64,000 bases of DNA, taken from positions 352,001 to 416,000 of the forward strand of contig CAVPVX010000002.1 of the NCBI GenBank assembly GCA_963709345.1, read 5' to 3'. Under the pieces are notes generated by a model. It saw nothing but the letters and a program-made list of their open reading frames with translations, was not told the origin of the DNA and made no database searches. This stretch comes from an uncultured Actinomycetes bacterium. Lineage in GTDB: Bacteria; Actinomycetota; Thermoleophilia; UBA2241. How positions within the stretch are numbered: position 1 is the first letter of the stretch; each line of letters starts with the position of its first letter. Positions 19,706 through 28,939 of the stretch are shown piece by piece. Both the position numbers and the translations under genes were made by a program.

Positions 19706-20173
19706 GTGAGGAGGAGACACGGGCCGGAGAGGCAGCGAGGCCTCAGCCTCATCGAGTTGCTCATCGTCGTCATCATCATGGGCATCCTGGCGGCCGTCGC
19801 CATCCCCATGTACCTGGACCAGCGGGACAAGGCGAGGGATGCCGCAGTCAAAGCGGGCGTGCACGCCGTGCAGGTCGGCATCGTCACCTGGGCGGCCGAC
19901 CATGATGAGGTCCACCCCACGGACGGCGACGTCACGAGCCTCAGGTGGAACGGCGCCCCGTCGGCGTTCTCCGCCTACGTGCAGCCGTGGCCTGCGAATC
20001 CCTTCACCGGTACCCCGATGCGCAACAGCTGGGACACCGGTCACTACACGTACCACTGCCCGATCCGTGTGAACGATCCGGTCTCCGCCCTCGGTCGTCC
20101 GTCCGGCGCCTTCTACGCCGGGATGCCCGGCTACGCCATCTGGGGCCACCTCTCGTACGGGGACTACCCCTGA
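19706..20173 (+). CDS. Type IV pilin / pseudopilin-like protein
   Basis: Class III signal RQRG|LSLIELLIVVIIMGILAAVAIPMYLDQRDKARDAAVK; WPANPFTG. Confidence 0.85.
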   Translation: MRRRHGPERQRGLSLIELLIVVIIMGILAAVAIPMYLDQRDKARDAAVKAGVHAVQVGIVTWAADHDEVHPTDGDVTSLRWNGAPSAFSAYVQPWPANPFTGTPMRNSWDTGHYTYHCPIRVNDPVSALGRPSGAFYAGMPGYAIWGHLSYGDYP

Positions 20174-20196
20174 GGCCGGCGGCGAGGGACTGCTGC

Positions 20197-20742
20197 TCAA
20201 GTGCGCGCGGTGAGGCGCGCCCGGTAGAGCCGGGCGTCCGCCGCCCCGAAGCAGCAGAACGTCACCGTCCGCGGCGACTCGTGCGCCTCCAGCCACGCGG
20301 AGGTGGCGCTCACCGCCACGTCGCACGCCTCCGCCTTCGGGTACCCGTACGCGCCGGTCGAGATGCCGGGAAAGGCGATCGTCTCGAGCCCCGCCTCAGC
20401 CGCCAGTCGCAGCGACTCCACGTAGCAGGAGCGAAGCAGTCGCGGCTCGCCGCGCGATCCGCCACGCCAGACCGGGCCTACGGTGTGGATGACGTGGCGC
20501 GCCGGGAGGGCGTAGCCCCTCGTCATGCGCGCCTCCCCGGTCGGGCAGCCGCCGAGCGTGGCGCACTCCGCGAGCAGTTCCGGCCCCGCAACCCGGTGGA
20601 TCGCGCCGTCCACGCCGCCGCCGCCCAGCAGCGACTCGTTGGCCGCGTTCACGATCGCTTCCACGTCGATCCGCGTGATGTCGCTCTCCACCACCAGCAT
20701 GCGCGCGCCCGCATCCGCCACGCGCCCCTCCGATGCTTCCAT
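20197..20742 (-). CDS. ymdB: Macro-domain O-acetyl-ADP-ribose deacetylase (YmdB-like)
   Basis: [26 protein letters not shown]...[10 protein letters not shown]...[13 protein letters not shown]. Confidence 0.92.
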   Translation of the reverse strand: MEASEGRVADAGARMLVVESDITRIDVEAIVNAANESLLGGGGVDGAIHRVAGPELLAECATLGGCPTGEARMTRGYALPARHVIHTVGPVWRGGSRGEPRLLRSCYVESLRLAAEAGLETIAFPGISTGAYGYPKAEACDVAVSATSAWLEAHESPRTVTFCCFGAADARLYRARLTART

Positions 20743-20859
20743 CGCTCCTCCCTCACTCCGGTCACCCCCGGCCACTCCGGCCGCCCGGTGTCGCGGCGCT
20801 GCGTAGCGGGTAGTCAACTATCGGCTCGTTCCTACCCCGACATGGACTGGTGGCTCACC

Positions 20860-21063
20860 ATGAGTATGCAGATGTACCCGTGTCCGCACTGCCCGGCCGA
20901 GTTCGACACGCTGAAGTCGCTCGAGCACCACCTGAGCGCTATGCACGACGAGACCCTGGAGACCCACTCCTATCGCTGCCAGACCTGCGACGCGGAGTTC
21001 GTCAAGCAGGCGGAGTGGCTTGACCACTTGCATGACGAGCACGACGACGCGAGCGCCGGCTGA
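20860..21063 (+). CDS. Small protein with two tandem C2H2 zinc fingers
   Basis: YPCPHCPAEFDTLKSLEHHLSAMH and YRCQTCDAEFVKQAEWLDHLHDEH; alternative starts at 20842 and 20866. Confidence 0.8.
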   Translation: MSMQMYPCPHCPAEFDTLKSLEHHLSAMHDETLETHSYRCQTCDAEFVKQAEWLDHLHDEHDDASAG

Positions 21064-21135
21064 GTGAGCGCCGGCGCGGCGCGTACACCCGGCGGCCGCG
21101 AACCGGCGGCGTCCCAAGCAGGCCGGAGATGACCC

Positions 21136-21762
21136 GTGCCTGAACTCGGCCATGCACGGCCCGCGTCTGAGCCCGGCCGTGAGGCGCTCGCGTGGGCCGG
21201 CAGAGCCCCGGTCGTGCCGCAGAAGTGGTTCCTGCGAACGTCGACCCTCCACGGGATCGGCCACACCCAGCGGGTGCACATCCACGCCCAACGGCTGGCG
21301 GCAGAACACGCTTGGAGCGACGCCGACACCCGCCTGGCGCTGCAGGCGGCGCTCTGGCACGACATCGGGCGCACCGACGACGACGTCGATCCGCACCACG
21401 GCGCGGCGTCCGCACTCCGCGCCGCCCGGCTGGGACTCACCGCGCAGCTTTCCGAGACGGACGCCGAGGTAGTCCTCTTCGCCGTCCGCTTCCACTCCCT
21501 CTCGGATGAGGAGGCCGTGGAAGCGGCGTGGACCAGCGCAGTGGAACGGGGTCCGGCGTGGCCGGGCTCGGACGCGAGGGCGCGGATCCGTGAGGATCCG
21601 GAGCGCGCCCTCGGCATCCTCTGGCTGCTCAAGGACGCCGACGCGCTCGACCGTGTCCGGCTTGCAGAGTGGGAGGCCGCCGACCCGGATCAGCTTCGCC
21701 TGCCGGGCTCCGAACGGCTGCTGCCGTTCGCCGCCGAGCTCTACAAGGCCGTCAAGGCCTGA
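21136..21762 (+). CDS. HD-domain phosphohydrolase
   Basis: HGIGHTQRV, AALWHDIGR, HGAASA, LKDADALDRVRL. Confidence 0.85.
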   Translation: MPELGHARPASEPGREALAWAGRAPVVPQKWFLRTSTLHGIGHTQRVHIHAQRLAAEHAWSDADTRLALQAALWHDIGRTDDDVDPHHGAASALRAARLGLTAQLSETDAEVVLFAVRFHSLSDEEAVEAAWTSAVERGPAWPGSDARARIREDPERALGILWLLKDADALDRVRLAEWEAADPDQLRLPGSERLLPFAAELYKAVKA

Positions 21763-21929
21763 CGCGGGCCCAGCCCCGAGTTGTGCCGGCGGCGGCACGT
21801 CGGCTCGCCCTCGCACGCGCCGCCCCACGGCGGCCAACGTCACCTCTCGTAACCCTCGTCGCGGGCGCGCGCGCCTGCTACCGTCGATGACCGCCCCGGG
21901 GCACGCGGCGTGCGCCCGGCGCACCGACG

Positions 21930-24887
21930 ATGAGCACACGCAGCCACACCTCAGGAACAACCGGCTTCGGCGCCGCCGCAGGCGCGCAGCCGAAGCTCGT
22001 CCTCTTCAACGTGACGGGCCGCCGCGAGCTCGCGCAGCGAGCGGCGGCGGCCGCCCCCGGCGTCCACCTCGTTCCGCGCAAGTCGTGGACCGACGACCCG
22101 GGCGAGCCCCGGCGCCCCCTGCTCGGGCGCCGCGAGCCGGCCGTCGGGATGTGGTTGTGGAGCGGCGCCGAGGACGAGTTCATCGCCCAGGCGCGCGCTG
22201 TCCTGCTGCGCTTCGTGCACCCGCTGGTCGCCCGGGACCTACCGTACTGCCTGGGCTTCCCCTTCGGTCCGGGACTGCTCGCGCCCCGCGGCCTGGGCTT
22301 CGCCGACGTTGCGCTCCTCGACCTCGAGGACATCGGCCGGCTGCTCGGCGTCTCGCCGCCGGACTCCTCGCCGGCCGCACTCCCACCGCCCGGCCCCCCG
22401 CCGGCCGTCGCTCTCGCGCCGGGCTCCCCGCCGGCAGGCCCCTCGCCGGCCACCGCTTCGCCACCGGGCTGCACTCCGGCCCCGCCGAGCCCTGACGGCG
22501 TCCGCCTCGACGCCGCCCAGCGCGCCGCGGTGGACCACGCGCGCGGCCCGGCACGCGTTCTCGCCCCGGCGGGCTCAGGCAAGACCAAGACTCTGGTCAG
22601 CCGCGTCGCCGAACTGGTGGAGCGCGGCGTCGACCCTGCCGGGATCCTGCTCCTCGCCTTCAATCGCAAGGCCGCGGAGCAGCTCGAGGAGCGGCTGGCG
22701 GCCATGGGCATCGCCACCACTCGCCGGCTTGGGTCGCCGGCGCCGGGCGACGGGCAGCGCCCGGGTCCCGGCGCTCGCGGGAGCCGGGCGGCCGCGCGGC
22801 GGGCGTCCGGGCGACGGTCCTCCGGACGCCGCATGGCCGGATGTCGGCAGGCCGGCTGCGCCTCGGACGCTCCGGCCGGCGCCCGCCCGGTGCCCGACCG
22901 CCCGCCCGGAGTGCACTGCGCCACCTTCAACGCATTCGGGTACCGCTACCAGCGCGAGGTCCTCCACGCGCGCTTCACCCTCGACCTCGACGGTTCCGCG
23001 CTGCGCGCCCTGATGAAGCGCGCCATGGCCGCCGCGGGCGTATCGCTCGCCGAGCTGAGGCCGGCGCGCGGGAGCGACCCCGTGGGCGCGTTTCTGGGCG
23101 GCCTCACGCGCGTGCGCGCCGCCCTCGAGCCGCCCGAGTCGGTCGAGATCCTGGTCGAATCCATCGGCGATACGCCGCTGATCCAGGTGCCGTTTGCGTC
23201 GGCGCACGAGCAGTTCACCCGCCTCCAGGCGACGGCCGGCTGCCAGTCGTTCGACGACCAGATCTACCTCGCCGTCGCCGACATGCTCGCCGATCCTGCG
23301 CACCGCGCCTTCATCGAGGGGCGCTTCGACCACGTCCTGGTCGACGAGTTCCAGGATCTGAACGGCGCGCAGCTCGCCCTCGTCGACGTGCTGTCGCGGC
23401 CGAGCCGCGACCTCTTCGTCGTCGGTGACGACGACCAGCTCATCTACGGGTGGCGCCACGCCGACCCGCGCGGCATCCTCGAGTTCCACGAGCGCATGCC
23501 GCCGCGGCCGTGGTCGACCACCTACACGCTGTGCACCAACTACCGCTGCTCGCGGGCGGTGGTCGAGTCCGGCGCCCGGCTCGTAGCCAACAACGTCGTG
23601 CGCGAGGCCAAGGATATCCGGCCGCGCGCCGGCGCCCACGAGGGCTCCGTCCGCTTCGCCGGCGCACCCTCGTGGCCCGAGCGCGCAACCGCCATGTGCG
23701 ACTTCCTCCGCGGGGAGAAGTCGCGCCTCGCCTGCGAGTGGCGCGATCTCGCCGTCCTCTGCCGCTATCGCTCGCAGCAGATCGTCGTGGCGCTCGCGCT
23801 GGATGCCGCCGCCGTGCCGCGGTCACCGCTGCTGGGGTACCGGCTGTTCACCCACCCCGCCGCCGCGCTGCTGCGCGCCTACATCGACCTCGTGCTGGCT
23901 CCGGACGCGATCCCGTCGGCCGCGGTGGCGCTGCTGCTCAACCGACCCAACCGGTATCTCAGCAACGTCTGCGTGGAGGCGGCCGGGACCACCTCACAGC
24001 CGTGGGCGCACCTGCAGACGAGCGCGGCCGGAGAGCCTGCGGCCGGGCCGCGGCCGCTCTCGACCCTCGTGGCTCAGGTCGAGCGGTTGGGCGCCGAGCT
24101 GCGCGGCGCGGCGCCCGACGGACTGCGCGGCGCGGCGCCCGGCGATCGCGCCGACGGCGCGCCGCTCACGGCCGAGCATCTCGTCTGGGCGGTCGTCGAC
24201 GAGTTCGGCCTGGAGGACCACTGGGAGGCCGAGAGCGATCCGGCGGCCGCGCCGTCCGGCGGGGAACGCCACGCGGCGGAGCCCCTCCAGGTTCTGGACA
24301 CCATCGTGCTCCTCGCCGAGACGTACCCGGATCCGCGCGCGCATCTGGCCGCCTGGGACCGCCTTCTCGCCGACGAGGAGGCGCACGAGGGCATGACCGA
24401 CGACACCCTGGCGCGCGAGGAGGCCGAGGAGGATCGCGTCGTGATCGGCACGATCCACGCGGCCAAAGGCCGCGAGTACCACGCGGTCGTCGTCCCCGAC
24501 TACGACTGCGACGTCTCGCGCTGGGAGAAGGCCGAGATCGAGGAGGAGAGGCGGGTCGTCTACGTCGGGGTCACCCGGGCCCGCGACACGGCGTTGTTCA
24601 CCGTCGACACGTCACAGCCCTACGTGCACCCCTTCCTCCGCGAGCTGGTCGAGCCGCCGGAACCGGATGAGCACGCGGCGCTCAGCGCGAGGATCGAGGA
24701 TGACGGCGCGGCAGCCGACGCCGATCACCGAAGGACGGCCGAGCGTCTCGCGGAGATCGAGGTACTGTTCCCCGAACTGGTCACCGAACCGGCTCCGGAT
24801 CTGGTCGCGGATCCGGCTACGGATCTGGTGGCGAATCTGGCACCGGATCTGCGACCGGGCCAAGGCCCCCCGGCGACGGCAGGCTAA
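21930..24887 (+). CDS. UvrD/REP family ATP-dependent helicase with low-complexity inserts
   Basis: APAGSGKT, LAFNRKAA, LVDEFQD, VVGDDDQLIYGWR, TNYRC, TIHAAKGREY, EEERRVVYVGVTRA. Confidence 0.92.
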   Translation: MSTRSHTSGTTGFGAAAGAQPKLVLFNVTGRRELAQRAAAAAPGVHLVPRKSWTDDPGEPRRPLLGRREPAVGMWLWSGAEDEFIAQARAVLLRFVHPLVARDLPYCLGFPFGPGLLAPRGLGFADVALLDLEDIGRLLGVSPPDSSPAALPPPGPPPAVALAPGSPPAGPSPATASPPGCTPAPPSPDGVRLDAAQRAAVDHARGPARVLAPAGSGKTKTLVSRVAELVERGVDPAGILLLAFNRKAAEQLEERLAAMGIATTRRLGSPAPGDGQRPGPGARGSRAAARRASGRRSSGRRMAGCRQAGCASDAPAGARPVPDRPPGVHCATFNAFGYRYQREVLHARFTLDLDGSALRALMKRAMAAAGVSLAELRPARGSDPVGAFLGGLTRVRAALEPPESVEILVESIGDTPLIQVPFASAHEQFTRLQATAGCQSFDDQIYLAVADMLADPAHRAFIEGRFDHVLVDEFQDLNGAQLALVDVLSRPSRDLFVVGDDDQLIYGWRHADPRGILEFHERMPPRPWSTTYTLCTNYRCSRAVVESGARLVANNVVREAKDIRPRAGAHEGSVRFAGAPSWPERATAMCDFLRGEKSRLACEWRDLAVLCRYRSQQIVVALALDAAAVPRSPLLGYRLFTHPAAALLRAYIDLVLAPDAIPSAAVALLLNRPNRYLSNVCVEAAGTTSQPWAHLQTSAAGEPAAGPRPLSTLVAQVERLGAELRGAAPDGLRGAAPGDRADGAPLTAEHLVWAVVDEFGLEDHWEAESDPAAAPSGGERHAAEPLQVLDTIVLLAETYPDPRAHLAAWDRLLADEEAHEGMTDDTLAREEAEEDRVVIGTIHAAKGREYHAVVVPDYDCDVSRWEKAEIEEERRVVYVGVTRARDTALFTVDTSQPYVHPFLRELVEPPEPDEHAALSARIEDDGAAADADHRRTAERLAEIEVLFPELVTEPAPDLVADPATDLVANLAPDLRPGQGPPATAG
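24789..24860 (+). repeat. Degenerate 24-bp tandem repeat (about 3 copies) in the helicase tail
   Basis: ccggctccggatctggtcgcggat / ccggctacggatctggtggcgaat / ctggcaccggatctg; another 24-bp duplication (LRGAAPDG) lies at about 24100-24146. Confidence 0.7.
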
Positions 24888-26476
24888 CGCGGCCAGAATC
24901 GCGAGGAGGGCTCCGGCGGCTGGATGAAGTGCTTCGCCTTGGGCTCGCTGCCGAGCCCCAGGTAGGCCCACACGTCTTCCTGCAACTCCAGGTCGGTGAC
25001 CGTACGACGCTGGTGCTGCCGCATGTGCTCGTCCCAGCTGGGCAGCACGAAGGTCTCGATGTAGCGGTTGTCCCGGTCCGCGTCGCGGTACACCGACCAG
25101 TCGGTGGCGCCGGTGCGGCGGCGCGCCCGGCCGACAAGGCGAAGGGCGCGAAGGAAGTCGTCCTCGCTCTCCGGCCGCACATCGTAGGAGACGACCACCA
25201 GCACCGGGCTGCTCGTCTCGTCGCCGACGACGAGTCCCGCCTCCGGTGCGGCCATCGGCGCCGGACGCAGGTCCACTTCCGCGATCCTGTCGAAGCGCCA
25301 GCGCCAGGCGAGCGCCAACGTCACAACCACTGCGAGCGCTCCCCAGGCATAGGTGCCCTGAGAGCCGACGACGTTGGCGAGCCTGCCCCAGGCGGCGCTG
25401 CCGAGAGCTATGCCCGCCGAGATCGCCGTCAGGTAGAAGGCCAGGCCGCGGGCGCGCACCCAGCCTGGCAGCATTTCCTGCGAGGCGACGTTGAGCGTCG
25501 ACAGGCAGAACAGCCAGCCGACCCCGGCGACCACGCTGACGATGATCGCCGCCGCGAGGCCGTCCACCAGCGCCAGCGCCCCCAGCGCGAGAGCGACGAG
25601 CACGCTGCCGGCTGCGAACACGCCGTCGGCGCTCAGACGCTCCCGCACGCGCGGGATCACGGCGGCGGTCGCTACCGCCCCGCCGCCGATCGCCGCGTAG
25701 AGCAGGCCGAGACCGCCGGAGCCCACCCCGAGCACCTGCTTGGCGTACACGGGCAGCAGCGAGAGCAGGCCGGCGCTTGCCGCTCCGAACGCGAACGAGC
25801 GCACCAGCACGCCGTGCAGGACGTGCGAGAACATGGCGTAACGGACGCCGGCGCGGACCGCCCCGGCGAAGCGTTCGGGCGGTCCAACGTCCTCCTCGAC
25901 GGGGCGCCGCCAGCGCCACAGCACGGCGAGGACGAAGGCGAAGGATGCGGCGTTGAGCGCGAAGACCAGCCAAGCGCCGGCGGCGGCGATCAGCAGGCCG
26001 CCGACCGCCGGGCCTATCGCCCGGCCGAGATTGATGTTGGCGCCGCCGAGCGTGACCGCCTGCTTGAGCTCGTCGCGGGGCACCAGTTCCGGCTGGATCG
26101 CCTGCCAGGCCGGGTAGTTGAACGCCATCCCGAGCCCGATGGCGAAGGTGAAGCCGAGAAGTGAGAGCGGCGTGACGACGCCGAGCGCCGTGAGCGCCGC
26201 CAGGCCGGCGGCCGCCACGAACATGACCGCTTGCGTGACCAGCAGCAGGCGGCGGCGCTCGACCAGGTCGGCAACGGCCCCCGCGGCCACGCCGACCAGC
26301 ACCACCGGCAGGTAGGTCGCCGTCTGCACCAGAGCGACGACGGCCGGCGAGGCGTCCAGCTCGACCATGAGCCACGCCGCGCCGACCGCCTGCATCCAGC
26401 TGCCGATGTTGGACGCCAGAAGGGCGATCCACAGGTACCGGTAGACCTTGTACTGAAACGGCGACCAAGCCGACAT
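24884..26476 (-). CDS. MFS transporter (MFS_3/DUF894 type) with C-terminal ABM-like domain
   Basis: SNIGSWMQAVGAAWLM, PAWQAIQPELVP, NLGRAIGPAVGG; C-terminal RRRTGA..W...SWDEHMRQHQR. Confidence 0.9.
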   Translation of the reverse strand: MSAWSPFQYKVYRYLWIALLASNIGSWMQAVGAAWLMVELDASPAVVALVQTATYLPVVLVGVAAGAVADLVERRRLLLVTQAVMFVAAAGLAALTALGVVTPLSLLGFTFAIGLGMAFNYPAWQAIQPELVPRDELKQAVTLGGANINLGRAIGPAVGGLLIAAAGAWLVFALNAASFAFVLAVLWRWRRPVEEDVGPPERFAGAVRAGVRYAMFSHVLHGVLVRSFAFGAASAGLLSLLPVYAKQVLGVGSGGLGLLYAAIGGGAVATAAVIPRVRERLSADGVFAAGSVLVALALGALALVDGLAAAIIVSVVAGVGWLFCLSTLNVASQEMLPGWVRARGLAFYLTAISAGIALGSAAWGRLANVVGSQGTYAWGALAVVVTLALAWRWRFDRIAEVDLRPAPMAAPEAGLVVGDETSSPVLVVVSYDVRPESEDDFLRALRLVGRARRRTGATDWSVYRDADRDNRYIETFVLPSWDEHMRQHQRRTVTDLELQEDVWAYLGLGSEPKAKHFIQPPEPSSRFWPR

Positions 26477-26776
26477 ACGTCCACCCTATCGCACCGGCTA
26501 CTTCCTCTGCCTTTCGCTTCTTCTCGATGATCACGTTCGCCATGAACACCGCCGACGGCTTGGCCGACTCCACATCCGCCAGGTCGAGATCCGCGCAGTC
26601 CGCACGCATGTCGGCCGCCACGGAACGCCCTTTTCGGCGAAGTACGACGCGGCCGTGCTGCGGCGCTGCATCTGGAAGCCGATGCCCTCCTGGAGCGGCT
26701 CGAGCGCATCGGGCTCGAATAGAACGAGCCCGGCCCGGCGGCGCATCCGCGCCGCCGGGCCGGGCTGTCTGGCTCG

Positions 26777-26992
26777 TCAGACCATCTCGTGGTACTTGTA
26801 CGAGATCTTGACCTTGGCCCGGTATGCGACGATCTGCTTGTCGTCGATCTTCATGTCGAACTCGACGACCTGCGCGATCCTCAGATCCTCGCGGTGGATA
26901 CCGGCCTTGGTGACGGCGTTCCTGGCCGCCTCTTCCCATGAAGTCGGGCTCGAGCCGATGACTTCCATGACCCTGTAGACGCTGTCCGACAT
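26777..26992 (-). CDS. Dodecin family flavin-binding protein
   Basis: SVYRVMEVIGSSPTSWEEAARNAV...LRIAQVVEFDM...YRAKVKISYKY. Confidence 0.92.
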   Translation of the reverse strand: MSDSVYRVMEVIGSSPTSWEEAARNAVTKAGIHREDLRIAQVVEFDMKIDDKQIVAYRAKVKISYKYHEMV

Positions 26993-27034
26993 CGCGACTC
27001 ATTCGTTGGTGAGACTCGGGTGATGACGCACTAT

Positions 27035-27330
27035 TGCCACGATCGGCGGATTCGGAACGTGCGCGGCACGCGAGCGTCACGGTGACTCCCGCGCAAGCTC
27101 GACGAGCGCGGCCTCCTCTGCCCGGCGTTCGTGGACCCCGAGACGAGATACCGCTACTACGACCACACGTAGATCCGCCGCGCCGGCCCCATCCACCTGT
27201 ACCGGCAACTCGGCCTCCCCATGAGCGAGATCCGGGACCTGCTGCTCACCACCGATCCCGGCTCGCTTCGACAACACCTCGAGCAGCACCGGACCCGGAT
27301 CACGCCCCGGCTCGCTGAGGTCGACGGCAC
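27035..27330 (+). pseudogene. Degenerate MerR-family HTH regulator fragment
   Basis: KLDERGLLCPAFVDPETRYRYYDHT*IRRAGPIHLYRQLGLPMSEIRDLL, with TAG at 27170-27172 and a frameshifted N-terminus. Confidence 0.7.
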
Positions 27331-28030
27331 GACTCCAGACCCCGAAGGCGGCAAGATCGAGTGCGCGCCCGGCACTGCAGGCACCCGGGGTAACCCCTAC
27401 AGAACGCCGTCGGGCACCCCGCGCGAGAGCGCGGCCGGCCTGGTCACAGACGTGTTCCCCGACTACACCGTCGCCCAGTACAAGCAGGGCATCCCCTTCC
27501 TCCAGAAGAACGCAGCGGGTCCGCTGGGGATCACCGGCGTGTTCGATCCGTGGCTCGCTGTGGACAGCCCTGCCGTCAAGGCCTACCAGCGACTCGCCGA
27601 CGCCGGCAGACTCAAGATGCGCGTTCGTGGCGCTCTCGGCATCGAGCCGGACGACCACATCGCCGCCTGGTTGACGAAGGCCAAGGCCGAGTACGCGAAT
27701 CACAGAGGCGGCCTGTTCAAGACGAAGGACGTCAGGTTCTTTGCCGACGGCGTCATCGAGGGCCACGCGGGCTACCTCAAGGAGCCCTACGCCGACGCGC
27801 TCGAGGCCGCCCGCGCCATCAACGGCGCCCGCGACTGGCGCCCGGGCATCACGCACCTGCAGCTCGTCGACCCGATCGACTGCCGGCGCTTCGCCGAGCT
27901 GGGAGTCACTGCGGTGCCACAGCCGCACCGGTTCCTGAGAGACGACTGCTACTGGTACCTGCAGTTGCCGTATCTTGGGAAAGACCGGGCCGACGGCGAG
28001 CACCGGATGAAGCGACGATCGGGCGTGTGA
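27330..28030 (+). pseudogene. Internally deleted YtcJ-like amidohydrolase (Amidohydro_3) fragment
   Basis: TTPDPEGGKIE, GITGVFDP, FFADGVIEGHAGYLKEPY, ITHLQLVDP..RFAELGV; lacks the N-terminal HxH, the HAIGD segment and the C-terminus. Confidence 0.75.
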
Positions 28031-28255
28031 CGAGGGCAGGTGGCCTCTTGGGCCACCTGCCCTTCGTGCGTCCACGCCTCCGTCAAGTACACGAACATCT
28101 GTCCGCCTCGCCTGTTACGGTACCGTCGAACGCCGCCGCGGGCCGCGGCTGCCGCCCACACGGCGCCGTCGCGATCCGGTCGCTGCAGACCCTTCTGGTC
28201 GCCTGGCTGCGCGGCGGCGTTCGTAGCCCTGCATCGACGACCAGAGGGAGGCGCC

Positions 28256-28642
28256 ATGACCACCATCCCCCCGGACACCGAGAACACGGCCCGCCGGCAC
28301 AGCCCACCCGGCAGCGTCCGGCTGTGCTCCTGCAGCCCCACCCGCGGCCCGGCCCGCCGGGCCGTCAGCGCCCTGGCCGTCGACGAAGAGCTCGTCTGGG
28401 TGACGCTCGTGCCCTCCATACCGCTCGGAGCCACCCGCCCGGCGTCCGCCGGGGACCTCGTCGACTTGAGCCTCCAGCTCTCGGAGGACTTCGCCGCCGC
28501 CCTCGGCGCCGCGCTCGAGTCCGGCTTCAGCGACGACGACCTCGTCGACGCCGCCGCGAGGGCGGTCGCCGGCCACCTCTCCGATCTGCCCGAGCTCCCG
28601 TTCATCGGCGAGCCCTTCGGCGGCGAGGAGGGGACCGACTAG
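28256..28642 (+). CDS. Hypothetical protein
   Basis: GGAGG RBS, ATG 28256, GC3-rich codons; ends in TAG. Confidence 0.55.
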   Translation: MTTIPPDTENTARRHSPPGSVRLCSCSPTRGPARRAVSALAVDEELVWVTLVPSIPLGATRPASAGDLVDLSLQLSEDFAAALGAALESGFSDDDLVDAAARAVAGHLSDLPELPFIGEPFGGEEGTD

Positions 28643-28939
28643 CGCCGCGTCCGGCGGGCCTCCGGGCAGGTCGATTCGGCCTGCATCAGCCACAGGTCGC
28701 TCAAGCAGCCGAGGGTCTGCGCCGAGGCTGTAGAAGGAGTGACCGGCAACCATGGAGACGCGCTAACGGAGACGCGCCGGCCGCCGATCCGTCACCCAGC
28801 CGATGTTGGGTTTCCTCGGCCACCGGCGTAGAGTCAGGTAGAGGCCCAGCTCAGGCCAGGCGATCCGGAGCCCAGCACACATGACCCACAGCCCCCACAA
28901 CGACCCTCGGCCCAACTTACCCGTGCGCCCGGCCGGCCG

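Noticed and set aside
24789-24860. CRISPR-like or functional repeat array
   Set aside because: Three degenerate in-frame 24-bp units with no spacers; an ordinary coding tandem repeat.
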